Part shown: positions 18,970 through 27,678 of the stretch, piece after piece
Position numbering within the stretch: the first letter of the stretch is position 1
Layout of the letters: each line of letters opens with the position of its first letter
NCBI GenBank assembly: GCA_012490745.1
Contig: GCA_012490745.1_3925.1
Length of the DNA: 64,000 nucleotides
Origin: a phage
Strand: one strand, 5' to 3'
Made by a program: the position numbers and the translations under genes
Notes under the pieces: model-generated
What the model was told of the DNA's origin: nothing
The model's input: the letters and a program-made list of their open reading frames with translations, nothing else
Databases searched by the model: none

Positions 18970-20079
18970 ATGACTACTAAAACTAAAGCACAGATTGACG
19001 CAGAAATTTACAAACTGGTTAAAGAGGGCAAGCTGACTAAAACCGCTATTGCACAGAAATTTAACACCTCAACCCGTTCAGTCGGTCGTGCTGTAGAGCG
19101 TCATGAAGCAACCTTAAAAGGGAATAAGAAGGTGACTTCTACACCAGCTACGAAGACTTTGAAGCAAGTTGCTAAGACCTTTAAAAAGAAAGCTGACAAA
19201 CCAGTTGAAAAGGTTGTTAAAGATGCTGTACAGAAAGCTCCAGTAAATAAACTGCATGAAGCTATGCAGAAAGATGACAAGATTGAGTACATGATTACTG
19301 GTGACTCTGTAATTATGACTTACGGTTCAGAGTCTGAAATTGTTGAATCTACTCATCCGAACTATCAAGAGATTGTAGTTCATGTTGTGAAAGGTGAGTT
19401 TAAGAAAGCCTTTGAACTGATGAACATTCGTAAGTCTATCGAAAACTTCACTCAGGGTGCTATCACAATCAAAGGCGACAAACTATTCTACGGTGCTGTT
19501 GAGATGCGTTCTACTCTGGTTGACCGTATTCTTCACATGATGAAGACTGGAGATAAAGGTTTCGAACGCCTTGTGATGTTCTTCGAAAAACTGATGGAAA
19601 ACCCATCTAAAGATTCCGTAGAACAACTTTGGGGCTTCGTATCTCACCTTGATGTTGAAATTGATGAAGAAGGCTACATCATTGGTTGGAAGAAAGTATC
19701 TACTCGTGAAGGCAAGCTGGTTGACTCCCACACCTACAGAGTACCTAATGATTTGGGTAACATTGTAGAAATGCCACGTTGGATGGTTGATAATAACCGT
19801 AACGTGACTTGCTCTCAAGGTCTTCATGTTGGTGCTTGGGATTATGTTCGTTGTTTCTCAGGTGATACAATTCTGAAGGTTCGTGTCCATCCACGAGACG
19901 TTGTATCCGTACCAACTGATTACAACGATATGAAGATGCGCTCGTCTCGTTATGAAGTTGCAGCAATCGTTGATAATCAACGTAAAGTGCTGAAAGCATG
20001 GGATGGCAAGACTGAAGCTTTACATGTCATCGTTGGTACTGCTGGAGAACTTATCTCCCAACGTAAACGTGAAATCTAA
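18970..20079 (+). CDS. rIIB: rIIB-like protein
   Basis: 369 aa immediately downstream of the rIIA-like gene; assignment mainly by synteny and size. Confidence 0.45.
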   Translation: MTTKTKAQIDAEIYKLVKEGKLTKTAIAQKFNTSTRSVGRAVERHEATLKGNKKVTSTPATKTLKQVAKTFKKKADKPVEKVVKDAVQKAPVNKLHEAMQKDDKIEYMITGDSVIMTYGSESEIVESTHPNYQEIVVHVVKGEFKKAFELMNIRKSIENFTQGAITIKGDKLFYGAVEMRSTLVDRILHMMKTGDKGFERLVMFFEKLMENPSKDSVEQLWGFVSHLDVEIDEEGYIIGWKKVSTREGKLVDSHTYRVPNDLGNIVEMPRWMVDNNRNVTCSQGLHVGAWDYVRCFSGDTILKVRVHPRDVVSVPTDYNDMKMRSSRYEVAAIVDNQRKVLKAWDGKTEALHVIVGTAGELISQRKREI

Positions 20080-20094
20080 TAAGTAATTTCTTAA

Positions 20095-20120
20095 AAGGCT
20101 GCTTCGGCGGCCTTTTTTAT
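20095..20120 (+). terminator. rho-independent terminator (GGCTGC-TTCG-GCGGCC + T6)
   Basis: GC stem with TTCG loop and TTTTTT. Confidence 0.7.
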
Positions 20121-20148
20121 TTGTATTTTGTGCAGAGTGCTGTATAAT
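20121..20148 (+). promoter_or_regulatory. sigma70-like promoter (TTGTAT-16-TATAAT, TG upstream of -10)
   Basis: Perfect TATAAT at 20143-20148 preceded by TG; -35-like TTGTAT at 20121-20126. Confidence 0.45.
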
Positions 20149-20179
20149 TGTTGTCACGATAAACTAAACAGGAGAACCA

Positions 20180-20728
20180 ATGAAGAAATTGATTCTAGGT
20201 TTGTGCTTAATGTTTACAGCACACTTATCTTATGCAGTTGACTGCCCAGAGCTATCAATTAGCCAAAAAGTAAACATGTTAAAAGCTTACCAGTATGGTG
20301 AGAATAACATGGGTAAAGGTTGGGGTATCACTCTAGCTGCTATAGCCTTACAAGAGTCAGAGTTAGGTCTGAAGGTAGAGAATAAAAAGACACATGATTA
20401 TGGTATTTTCCAGAATCACTTGAAGACTGTTGTAAAGCGTAACAAAATTAGTCCTAATGTGGCTAAAAAGAAACTCTTAAGAGACTTTGACTATGCTGCA
20501 AAGGAAACGCACAAAGAACTTGAATTTTGGACAAAGGTGCATGGTCAGCCAAAGTCAAAGAAAACTTTACAAAAAGTTTTAGCATCATATAATGCTGGGT
20601 ATTCGTACAGAATCCCTAAAGCTAAAAAATATTCTCAAGATGTCTATAACAACATGAAAGTTATCGCTCAATGTGAATTTGCAACAAACATTTCTAAGGT
20701 AAATCATGAAAAAATTAAGAAAGTCTGA
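20180..20728 (+). CDS. secreted protein with possible lytic-transglycosylase (SLT-like) domain
   Basis: Signal peptide MKKLILGLCLMFTAHLSYA; AIALQESELG...DYGIFQN resembles the SLT E-S ... G-L/I-x-Q motifs. Confidence 0.4.
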   Translation: MKKLILGLCLMFTAHLSYAVDCPELSISQKVNMLKAYQYGENNMGKGWGITLAAIALQESELGLKVENKKTHDYGIFQNHLKTVVKRNKISPNVAKKKLLRDFDYAAKETHKELEFWTKVHGQPKSKKTLQKVLASYNAGYSYRIPKAKKYSQDVYNNMKVIAQCEFATNISKVNHEKIKKV

Positions 20729-21401
20729 TGAAGTACTGTGTCATGCTTATGACTTACATCCTCATGAGTTAGGTCTTGATTCCTGTGTATGGACTCCAGA
20801 ACAGTGTAGGGATTTTGAAGACACTGCAAGAGAAGTTGTATGTTCACTTGAAGAGTTTCACACATCAGAGCCAATTGTGAATGTTGTAGATAAAGAGACT
20901 GGACAAACTATAGGGGTAAGTCGTGATAGTTTAGTCATAGTCAATAAAGACCTTGTAGAAAAAGGTAACCTCATCTTAGCAGATATTGATGGTGTTCTTA
21001 CAAATTTTAATCACGAAGATTGCTCAACGGAATTGACTGATGGGTCATTCTCACAGTACACTAATCTTCTTGACTCTGTAAGAGCAAAACCAACGTATGT
21101 TTTTAGTATTATTGATGCAATTGCTAATCATGCTGCCATTGGACTCTTGACAGCGAGAGGTGAATCTCAGAGAATACCTACTGAGATGTTTTTAAGGCAT
21201 AACATAGAGCATGACTACATGCTTTTTATGCGTGGTTTTGGAACTAACTCTATAAGTGCAGAAAGTTTGAAAGTGAGGATGATTCAGTCTTGCATCCTGC
21301 CTTACTTTAATATAGTATGTTTTATAGAAGACACAGAGAAGAATGTGCAGAAGGTGAACAGAATCCTTCCACACATTAAAACCATGTTAGTTAAACATTG
21401 A
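20706..21401 (+). CDS. hypothetical protein
   Basis: ORF overlapping upstream stop. Confidence 0.4.
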   Translation: MKKLRKSDEVLCHAYDLHPHELGLDSCVWTPEQCRDFEDTAREVVCSLEEFHTSEPIVNVVDKETGQTIGVSRDSLVIVNKDLVEKGNLILADIDGVLTNFNHEDCSTELTDGSFSQYTNLLDSVRAKPTYVFSIIDAIANHAAIGLLTARGESQRIPTEMFLRHNIEHDYMLFMRGFGTNSISAESLKVRMIQSCILPYFNIVCFIEDTEKNVQKVNRILPHIKTMLVKH

Positions 21402-21411
21402 GAGAAAACTT

Positions 21412-21876
21412 ATGAACAATATCATTACGGTAGCACTGGACGATACGGTAAACAAATCCGCAGTAGTTCGTAAAATGATTCAAGGTAACTTTGAAGGTAA
21501 AATTTTTCGTGCTGTTAATGTAAAAGCTGATGGCAGCATTCGTGAATATCGTGCATTGTTGAACGTTAAGAAGCACGTAAAAGGTGTTGGTTCAACGACT
21601 GCACACAAAGAAAACCTGATGACTATCTATGATATGGGTAAGGCTTCAGAGTTAGGTGCTGAAGGTATCGTTAAAGAAGGTGCTCCGTATCGCTCTTTCA
21701 ATCTGGAAACTACTCTTATGCTTTCCTTTACAAGTGGTTCCAAAACAATCACTTATCTCTTTACTGATGCTGCAACGGTATCTGCTATTAAGGATAGCAC
21801 TGTCAAAGCTGGCGTAGTTGCTGCTGCAAAAGCTTCTTCGATGGCTGCGAATATCCTTGCTAAAGTCCTCGGTTAA
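21412..21876 (+). CDS. hypothetical protein
   Basis: ORF followed by strong terminator. Confidence 0.45.
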   Translation: MNNIITVALDDTVNKSAVVRKMIQGNFEGKIFRAVNVKADGSIREYRALLNVKKHVKGVGSTTAHKENLMTIYDMGKASELGAEGIVKEGAPYRSFNLETTLMLSFTSGSKTITYLFTDAATVSAIKDSTVKAGVVAAAKASSMAANILAKVLG

Positions 21877-21885
21877 GGTTAAGAT

Positions 21886-21910
21886 ACAGGCTCCTTCGGG
21901 AGCCTTTTTC
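21886..21910 (+). terminator. rho-independent terminator (AGGCTCC-TTCG-GGAGCCT + T5)
   Basis: Perfect stem and TTCG loop, TTTTT. Confidence 0.75.
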
Positions 21911-21928
21911 ATTTCAGGAGATTGTTAA

Positions 21929-22276
21929 ATGACATTTAAAGAGTTCTGTCAAGCTACTTTCATAATTGTTTTCTTAGTTGGGGCGGGTGTCTGGGGAGGG
22001 TACTCTTACAGAGACTACCAAGTTGCTGAAACTGAGCTAAACAATCAAAAGCTCATAAGTGTTGCTAAAGATGCTTATCAGGAAGGATTAGTTACACTGA
22101 GCGCCAATTACAAAAATGATTTGAAAGATGTGCTTGCTAAGAATAAGCACACAAAAGAGGTACTAACATATGAAAAAACTAAGCCAGAGTTTTATAATGT
22201 TTGTGTTACTGATAATTATGTCAGGGTGTTCAACGAACAAAGTGAACAGTACATTCAAAAACTCCCAAGTAAGTGA
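21929..22276 (+). CDS. i-spanin-like protein (Rz-like)
   Basis: N-terminal TM helix (FIIVFLVGAGVWGG) followed by charged helical periplasmic region; the next gene starts inside it in another frame. Confidence 0.4.
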   Translation: MTFKEFCQATFIIVFLVGAGVWGGYSYRDYQVAETELNNQKLISVAKDAYQEGLVTLSANYKNDLKDVLAKNKHTKEVLTYEKTKPEFYNVCVTDNYVRVFNEQSEQYIQKLPSK

Positions 22277-22439
22277 GAGTGATAAGTACACTCAAGAAGA
22301 ATCACGGTATATCATCAAAGGCAACACAGGCAGTGATGTAGCAGCAGCACTTGAGTTCTACCGTGACGGCTTTTACCAGTGTACAATTAAAGCTAATAAC
22401 CTTATTGACATGATTTTATTAGGGAATAAGCAGCAATGA
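22170..22439 (+). CDS. o-spanin-like lipoprotein (Rz1-like), embedded/overlapping in a different frame
   Basis: Signal peptide with lipobox-like IIMSGC; start lies within the preceding ORF. Confidence 0.4.
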   Translation: MKKLSQSFIMFVLLIIMSGCSTNKVNSTFKNSQVSESDKYTQEESRYIIKGNTGSDVAAALEFYRDGFYQCTIKANNLIDMILLGNKQQ

Positions 22440-22705
22440 CAGAGAATCAAGACACTTTCTATGTAGAAGGTTACTTACTGTTGCCACGACCAAAAGAAAC
22501 TTATATGCGAATCGATTTCTTACCAACCATTATGGATAATGTGATGTGTCATATCTTTATGCAAGGTGTCACAGCACAGCTTAAGCATGTTGGTAAAGAT
22601 TGCAAAATAAAGGTTGACACTCATCCAGAAATCAAAGAGAATCACTACACATGGTTCTTACCAGATTCTAAAGAAATCTTAGCAGTTCTTAAAACGAGGA
22701 AGTAA
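22436..22705 (+). CDS. hypothetical protein
   Basis: ORF, ATGA overlap. Confidence 0.4.
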   Translation: MTENQDTFYVEGYLLLPRPKETYMRIDFLPTIMDNVMCHIFMQGVTAQLKHVGKDCKIKVDTHPEIKENHYTWFLPDSKEILAVLKTRK

Positions 22706-22707
22706 CT

Positions 22708-23034
22708 ATGCAGATTAATGGAAGAGACTTTGTAGCCGTTTACTACGAGAAAGATAAAGAAGTTGGCGTAGCACAAGTAACTTACGGCAATGGTAAGTGG
22801 CTATATGGAACAATTGCAGTGGTCGGAACAAGAAGTGACACAAAAACTTTTAAAGATTGTGTTGACCTTCTTGAAGAATCCATTCAGAATCATTGGTGTC
22901 TGATATGGATGACTGACAACGAAGTGATAGAACGCTTCAAAAAGATTGATATCAACATTGATAGTATTGAGCATGTTGATTTATATGAGCTAACTGAGAA
23001 GGTAAACTATGAAAGTAATACTAGCCAGAGATAA
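22708..23034 (+). CDS. hypothetical protein
   Basis: ORF. Confidence 0.4.
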   Translation: MQINGRDFVAVYYEKDKEVGVAQVTYGNGKWLYGTIAVVGTRSDTKTFKDCVDLLEESIQNHWCLIWMTDNEVIERFKKIDINIDSIEHVDLYELTEKVNYESNTSQR

Positions 23035-23236
23035 AAAGACACGAAAGCTTATCAGGTCAGCAGTGTTCATTGGACGAAATGAGGTCATCCCATTTACAGC
23101 AAATGATGTGATAGCTTACAGGAAGAACTTAGTATTCACTGACTGCTTACGTGGCTTCATCTCTGAACCATTGGAAGACTTTAAAAGTCGTTGTGGTAAA
23201 GGTATCATCATTCAAGAGGCAATTATTCATGGCTGA
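23009..23236 (+). CDS. hypothetical protein
   Basis: ORF. Confidence 0.3.
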   Translation: MKVILARDKKTRKLIRSAVFIGRNEVIPFTANDVIAYRKNLVFTDCLRGFISEPLEDFKSRCGKGIIIQEAIIHG

Positions 23237-23429
23237 CTTCTGTAAAGATTGTTCTATCGAAATGTTCGGACGTGATACAGGTGACTTAAAAGGTCTTATC
23301 ACTGAAGATGACTTTAAAGCTGGCTACGCAATGCCAGTAATCTGTGAAGGTTGTGGGTGCGTCTGGGTAGACCACGAAGGGCAACGTGTAAAACCTTCAG
23401 AAGATAAAGAATCTTGGGAGAGATGTTAA
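23229..23429 (+). CDS. hypothetical small Cys-rich protein
   Basis: 66 aa from ATG 23229; CKDC ... CEGCGC pairs suggest a Zn ribbon. Confidence 0.35.
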   Translation: MADFCKDCSIEMFGRDTGDLKGLITEDDFKAGYAMPVICEGCGCVWVDHEGQRVKPSEDKESWERC

Positions 23430-24215
23430 ATGGGTATTGTAAAAATCATCAATGGCGATATCTTTGCAGCATTTGATAAAGGTAAGTTTGACATCATTGG
23501 TCACGGTTGCAACTGTATGAATTTAATGGGTGCAGGTATCGCTGACAAGATTTCTAAACTTTACCCAAAAGCATATGAGACCGATACAGAAGTTTACCTC
23601 TATGCAGGTGGTATAGGTCACAAACCCTGTGAAAATCTACTGGGTAATTTCTCTGTAGCACGTTTAGAACAAGGCCGTATAGCTAACCTTTACACTCAGC
23701 TTAAGACTGGTAAAGATGCCCGATACAGTGCTTTAGAGTCATCTTTGAAACAACTTAACAGATACTGTGAAGTCAATCAGTTGAAGAAAGTTGGGTTACC
23801 TATGATTGGTGCAGGTATCGGTGGACTAGACCCTCAAGCCGTCACAGTTATCATTAATCAGGTGATGAAGAGTGTAGATGTGTATCTTTATGTCTACGAA
23901 GGAGAGATGTACCACAAGTTACGCTCAGGTTGGAAGAACTACTGTGAACCAGAATACTTTGCAGGTGTAGCAGTGTTCACAGATAACGCAGTTACCCTCT
24001 TCAGACGAAGAAAAGGTAAGATACATCAAAGTAACCCTCCGGTTGAAAAGATGTCTCTAAGTAACGCTCTAGTTACCCACCTGTCGAAGAGCAATCACAG
24101 GATTGCAGTAACATTTGGCAGTGATGCAGATACTTATATCTATGCAAGAACTGATGAGGATATCGAGACAGTTTTCTCTTCACCAGAAGTTACCTTCTTA
24201 GACGCAAAGAACTAA
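23430..24215 (+). CDS. macro-domain protein (ADP-ribose binding/processing)
   Basis: INGDIFAAFDKGKFDIIGHGCNCMNLMGAGIADKI and VGLPMIGAGIGGLDPQ resemble the two Gly-rich macro-domain signature blocks; about 100-aa C-terminal extension. Confidence 0.55.
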   Translation: MGIVKIINGDIFAAFDKGKFDIIGHGCNCMNLMGAGIADKISKLYPKAYETDTEVYLYAGGIGHKPCENLLGNFSVARLEQGRIANLYTQLKTGKDARYSALESSLKQLNRYCEVNQLKKVGLPMIGAGIGGLDPQAVTVIINQVMKSVDVYLYVYEGEMYHKLRSGWKNYCEPEYFAGVAVFTDNAVTLFRRRKGKIHQSNPPVEKMSLSNALVTHLSKSNHRIAVTFGSDADTYIYARTDEDIETVFSSPEVTFLDAKN

Positions 24216-24287
24216 GAAACTCTGTAGGATATTCACAATAGCCTAAGCCTTTCTTATCTGGTAAATTTTTCAGGTAAGGAGGGCTTT

Positions 24288-24470
24288 TTCATTTCAGAAT
24301 TGTGCAGGTAGAGTTCTGTAGAGAAATCTGTAGAGAGAATTTTGAACTCCAAAGAGAAAATTCATTTTCAAACTGTGCAGATAATCTCCAAAGAGCTTTT
24401 TCATTTTCAAAACGTGCAGACCACACTCAGGTCGGGCAAGAAAAATCATTTTAGATTTGTGCAGGTAGGT
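24288..24470. repeat. four direct repeats of about 20 bp (TTCATTTTCAAAnnGTGCAG-type), iteron-like
   Basis: Copies near 24288, 24361, 24399, 24445; also duplicated CTCCAAAGAG and TCTGTAGAGA words; followed by C-rich tract (24491-24530) and AT-rich DNA. Confidence 0.6.
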
Positions 24471-24642
24471 TTTTATAGAGAGCCAGACCAACCCCTCTCC
24501 CCCTCTTACTCCCCCTCTCCCCAAAAATCAAGAGAAAAATTTGTAGCGGATTGAAAAATAATTCTTGATTTGTGTTCTGTTTTGTGGTAGTCGTGTGCGC
24601 CCGTTTCATTACAGTTTTGCCAAAAATATTTTTAAAATTTTT

Positions 24643-24736
24643 TCTTGACTCTTTGAACGTGGTTATCTAGTATTTGCATCAACGGGGAGGGAATGACCTT
24701 CCCCACTAAATAAAGTCCTAAACTGGAGATTCAAAA
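24643..24736 (+). promoter_or_regulatory. cassette A1: promoter (TTGACT-17-TAGTAT) + leader stem-loop GGGGAGGGAATGACCTTCCCC + conserved SD
   Basis: Hairpin 24684-24704; leader CCACTAAATAAAGTCCTAAACTGGAGATTCAAAA-ATG ending at ATG 24737. Confidence 0.6.
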
Positions 24737-25120
24737 ATGGCATATCGTGCACCTAAATTCATCAACAAAGACAACTTTCGCAACGCACTGGAGAAGTCAC
24801 TTGATGAGAATTTTAAAGGTAACATTATCGTTGTTCACGCATTCAATTTTAAGTATGATGTAAACGGGAATAGAATCAACCATTACACGGCAACCATGTT
24901 AGATGGTACACTTTCAAGTGAAAAAGCCGTACTAAATGCACTGGCAGGACGTGGAAAGGTATTAGTAAGATGTGATAAGAGACGTTATCAGGGCGGCGCA
25001 TATGGTTATGATGATGCTGTTTACCATCTTGAAAATATGGGCTATCAAGTAGAAAAAGCTGGAGCATCACAAATCATCGGCAGCGATGGTTATGTAACTA
25101 TCTTCAAAATTAACAAATAA
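24737..25120 (+). CDS. hypothetical protein (cassette-linked)
   Basis: ATG placed 8 nt after the conserved GGAG of cassette A1. Confidence 0.55.
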   Translation: MAYRAPKFINKDNFRNALEKSLDENFKGNIIVVHAFNFKYDVNGNRINHYTATMLDGTLSSEKAVLNALAGRGKVLVRCDKRRYQGGAYGYDDAVYHLENMGYQVEKAGASQIIGSDGYVTIFKINK

Positions 25121-25205
25121 AGTACTTTACAAGGGGCTTATAGTTCGATAAAGTAAGCCCCAGATAAAGAGCTTTACCACTAAATCCTAAACTGGAGATT
25201 CAAAA
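25121..25205 (+). promoter_or_regulatory. cassette B1: TTTACA-17-TAAAGT promoter-like element overlapping hairpin GGGGCTTA(13)TAAGCCCC + conserved SD leader
   Basis: Hairpin 25133-25161 with 8-bp perfect stem; leader AGATAAAGAGCTTTACCACTAAATCCTAAACTGGAGATTCAAAA-ATG. Confidence 0.5.
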
Positions 25206-25718
25206 ATGAAAACTGTAGACGCTACCTTTGAAGTTGTAAAAGAAAAATTTTCCATCATTTACGAAGCAGTTAATTGCTTTGAAGCAAGCCATAATCTTGA
25301 TAATTGGGAATTTACAGATGACCATCAAGGCGGTGTGACGATTAAAAATCCTAGCTGTCAGCGTAATGAATTTAAATATGCAATCCCTTTACATTACAGC
25401 CTTAAACAGCTTTCAAGTGACTATGCAAAACAAGGCCGGGAAAACCCATCAAAAGAGGCTTACATCAGCTTACAGAAAGAACTAGAAAGAGATTTAGAGG
25501 CTTCAGAATATAACATCGCCGCGAAAGTTGTAGATGCAAACGGTAGCACGGTTTTAGAGAGTTTTTATATTGGTTATGCTTTCGATTGGTGCTATCATGA
25601 CGGCGATGATTTAGAGGATAGACTAAAAGAAGAGGTGAACAACGCAGACGCAGAATCTGAAGTATTAGAACGTTTGGAATCGTTGAAAGACTCAGTGATG
25701 AATATCTTTAAGAACTAA
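25206..25718 (+). CDS. hypothetical acidic protein (cassette-linked)
   Basis: 170 aa, acidic (many D/E), ATG at conserved cassette position. Confidence 0.55.
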   Translation: MKTVDATFEVVKEKFSIIYEAVNCFEASHNLDNWEFTDDHQGGVTIKNPSCQRNEFKYAIPLHYSLKQLSSDYAKQGRENPSKEAYISLQKELERDLEASEYNIAAKVVDANGSTVLESFYIGYAFDWCYHDGDDLEDRLKEEVNNADAESEVLERLESLKDSVMNIFKN

Positions 25719-25721
25719 ATA

Positions 25722-25810
25722 GATTTCTTTACACGGGGTTATCAGACTGATAAGATAGCCCCAGATAAAGAGCTTTATTCAAATCAACCCTTAAACTAGG
25801 AGATTCTAAA
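25722..25810 (+). promoter_or_regulatory. cassette B2 (variant): TTTACA-17-TAAGAT + hairpin GGGGTTATC...GATAGCCCC + SD
   Basis: Hairpin 25735-25762 with one G-U pair; same downstream leader. Confidence 0.45.
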
Positions 25811-26107
25811 ATGAAATTATCAAATCAAGTGCGTGAGAATCTGAGCAAATTACTCAACAAAATTGATTTCATTGAAACATCAAGGAATAGTCATGATGTT
25901 ATGGAATGGTTACACGGCAAAATAAAAGGCCGTCGTGTAGTGATTTGCTTATGGAACAGTTGCAGGGAGTATAAAAAACCTGTATTGCAAGTCAATATCT
26001 ATGATGATACTTTTAAAAGCCCTGTAAAGTCTAAAAACGACTTATTAGAATCCTATGAGATAACTGTAAGTGGCAAAGTATCACGTAAAGAGGAAACACC
26101 ATGTTAA
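25811..26107 (+). CDS. hypothetical protein (cassette-linked)
   Basis: ATG at conserved cassette position. Confidence 0.5.
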   Translation: MKLSNQVRENLSKLLNKIDFIETSRNSHDVMEWLHGKIKGRRVVICLWNSCREYKKPVLQVNIYDDTFKSPVKSKNDLLESYEITVSGKVSRKEETPC

Positions 26108-26433
26108 TGACTGGTATCACTGCAATCATTGCCATTTTCGCGCTATATAAGGCATATAAAGCCTATAATCTAGCAAATAAGGCAATCACACAGCAGGTTA
26201 GAAATAACCTTGTAGAGAGCTTTCTAGGGCGTCTCAGTGATGAGCAAATAAAGCGGCTAGAGATGAGCTTCAGATACAAAGCGAAAACCTATCAGATAAG
26301 TGACATCTTCAAAGATAATTTTCAGTTAGTTGATGATTATAATTCTCTGATAAATGCTTTAAATGTCAGTGACTTAAAAGACTACTACGCTGTAATTGTT
26401 CAAGAGTTGAGCAAACGAAAACAAAACTGTTGA
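26107..26433 (+). CDS. hypothetical membrane protein
   Basis: TAATG stop/start overlap with upstream gene; N-terminal TM helix (GITAIIAIFALY). Confidence 0.4.
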   Translation: MTGITAIIAIFALYKAYKAYNLANKAITQQVRNNLVESFLGRLSDEQIKRLEMSFRYKAKTYQISDIFKDNFQLVDDYNSLINALNVSDLKDYYAVIVQELSKRKQNC

Positions 26434-26522
26434 CACTGGTTTTTAGATAGATTAAATTACACATCAACGGGGAGGGAATGACCTTCCCCACTAAATAAAG
26501 TCCTAAACTGGAGATTCTGAAA
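26430..26522 (+). promoter_or_regulatory. cassette A2: TTGACA-17-TAAATT promoter + leader hairpin + SD
   Basis: TTGACA 26430-26435; hairpin 26469-26489; conserved leader to ATG 26523. Confidence 0.6.
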
Positions 26523-26795
26523 ATGTATACTACTAACAACGGTCGCACCTTAAATGTCACCTTGCGTCACTATGTAGACGGTGTGATGTGCTTTGAAGAT
26601 TTACGGGCTGAGCAACACATCTTAAATTGGCAAGTTGCAGGACTCCAAAAAACTGCTACAGGATACGGGAAAAAGATTCCAACCAGTTGGAAAGTACACT
26701 ACGAAGGACGTTTGCGCAGAATTTATCAGGATGTGCAAAGCAATAGCGCATCGAGTTACATTATAGTAAAAGGCAAAAAACTGCATTTAATGTAA
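26523..26795 (+). CDS. hypothetical protein (cassette-linked)
   Basis: ATG at conserved cassette position. Confidence 0.5.
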   Translation: MYTTNNGRTLNVTLRHYVDGVMCFEDLRAEQHILNWQVAGLQKTATGYGKKIPTSWKVHYEGRLRRIYQDVQSNSASSYIIVKGKKLHLM

Positions 26796-26796
26796 A

Positions 26797-26881
26797 GTAC
26801 TTTACAAGGGGCTTATAGTTCGATAAAGTAAGCCCCAGATAAAGAGCTTTACCACTAAATCCTAAATTGGAGAACTTAAAA
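26797..26881 (+). promoter_or_regulatory. cassette B3
   Basis: Hairpin 26808-26836 (GGGGCTTA...TAAGCCCC); near-identical to B1. Confidence 0.5.
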
Positions 26882-27286
26882 ATGGCTATTAATAACCGTG
26901 AATTATCAATTTTAAAAGCACGTTTGACCGTTAACCGGATTAATGTTATCACGTCATCAGCACCAGATGAAACACTGCAAAACATTATTGGGAAGATTCA
27001 AAGTGTTATCTTAGACGTTGAAAGCGTAAAAAATTCATTGGCTGACGTTGCAGCAGGTATCACACTAGACGGTGCGCAATATGAAATGTCCGACATGTTA
27101 GGCAAATCTAAGGTAATGAATAAAGAGTTAGATTTGAAAATGTTCCGATTTGCTGTTAAAGTGTGGCTATCTGTCGAGTATGATGCTAACTTTGCAATCG
27201 CTGACTTTTTCGCCACTTGGTTGCAGCGTAATTTGACTAATCATGACTTCCGCGATATCTGTGATGCAATTTATGCAGAACTCTAA
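26882..27286 (+). CDS. hypothetical protein (cassette-linked)
   Basis: ATG 26882 at cassette position (the track start 26867 is TTG). Confidence 0.5.
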   Translation: MAINNRELSILKARLTVNRINVITSSAPDETLQNIIGKIQSVILDVESVKNSLADVAAGITLDGAQYEMSDMLGKSKVMNKELDLKMFRFAVKVWLSVEYDANFAIADFFATWLQRNLTNHDFRDICDAIYAEL

Positions 27287-27296
27287 AAAAATTTTG

Positions 27297-27388
27297 TTGA
27301 CACTGGTTTTTAGATAGATTAAATTACACATCAACGGGGAGGGAATGACCTTCCCCACTAAATAAAGTCCTAAACTGGAGATTCAAAA
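27297..27388 (+). promoter_or_regulatory. cassette A3: TTGACA-17-TAAATT + hairpin + SD
   Basis: Near-identical copy of A2; hairpin 27336-27356. Confidence 0.6.
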
Positions 27389-27592
27389 ATGGCTATTATT
27401 AATGGTTTAACCATTGAAACTACACACATCAAAGATATCAAAGTTGGCGATATAGTCCTTTCCCACGGCGTAGAAAAAACTGTCACTGCAAAGGATATCA
27501 AAGAGGATTCTTTCATGGGTAGGACTCTCTTCGGTGATTCTTATTGCTTAGGCTATCTTGCAGTTTTAAAAGTTGTCAAAAATAACAAATAA
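27389..27592 (+). CDS. hypothetical small protein (cassette-linked)
   Basis: 67 aa; ATG at cassette position. Confidence 0.5.
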   Translation: MAIINGLTIETTHIKDIKVGDIVLSHGVEKTVTAKDIKEDSFMGRTLFGDSYCLGYLAVLKVVKNNK

Positions 27593-27678
27593 AGTACTTT
27601 ACAAGGGGCTTAAAAGTTGATAACTTAAGCCCCAGATAAAGAGCTTTACCACTAAATCCTAAACTGGAGATTCTAAAA
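27593..27678 (+). promoter_or_regulatory. cassette B4 (variant loop)
   Basis: Hairpin 27605-27633 GGGGCTTAA...TTAAGCCCC (9-bp stem). Confidence 0.5.
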
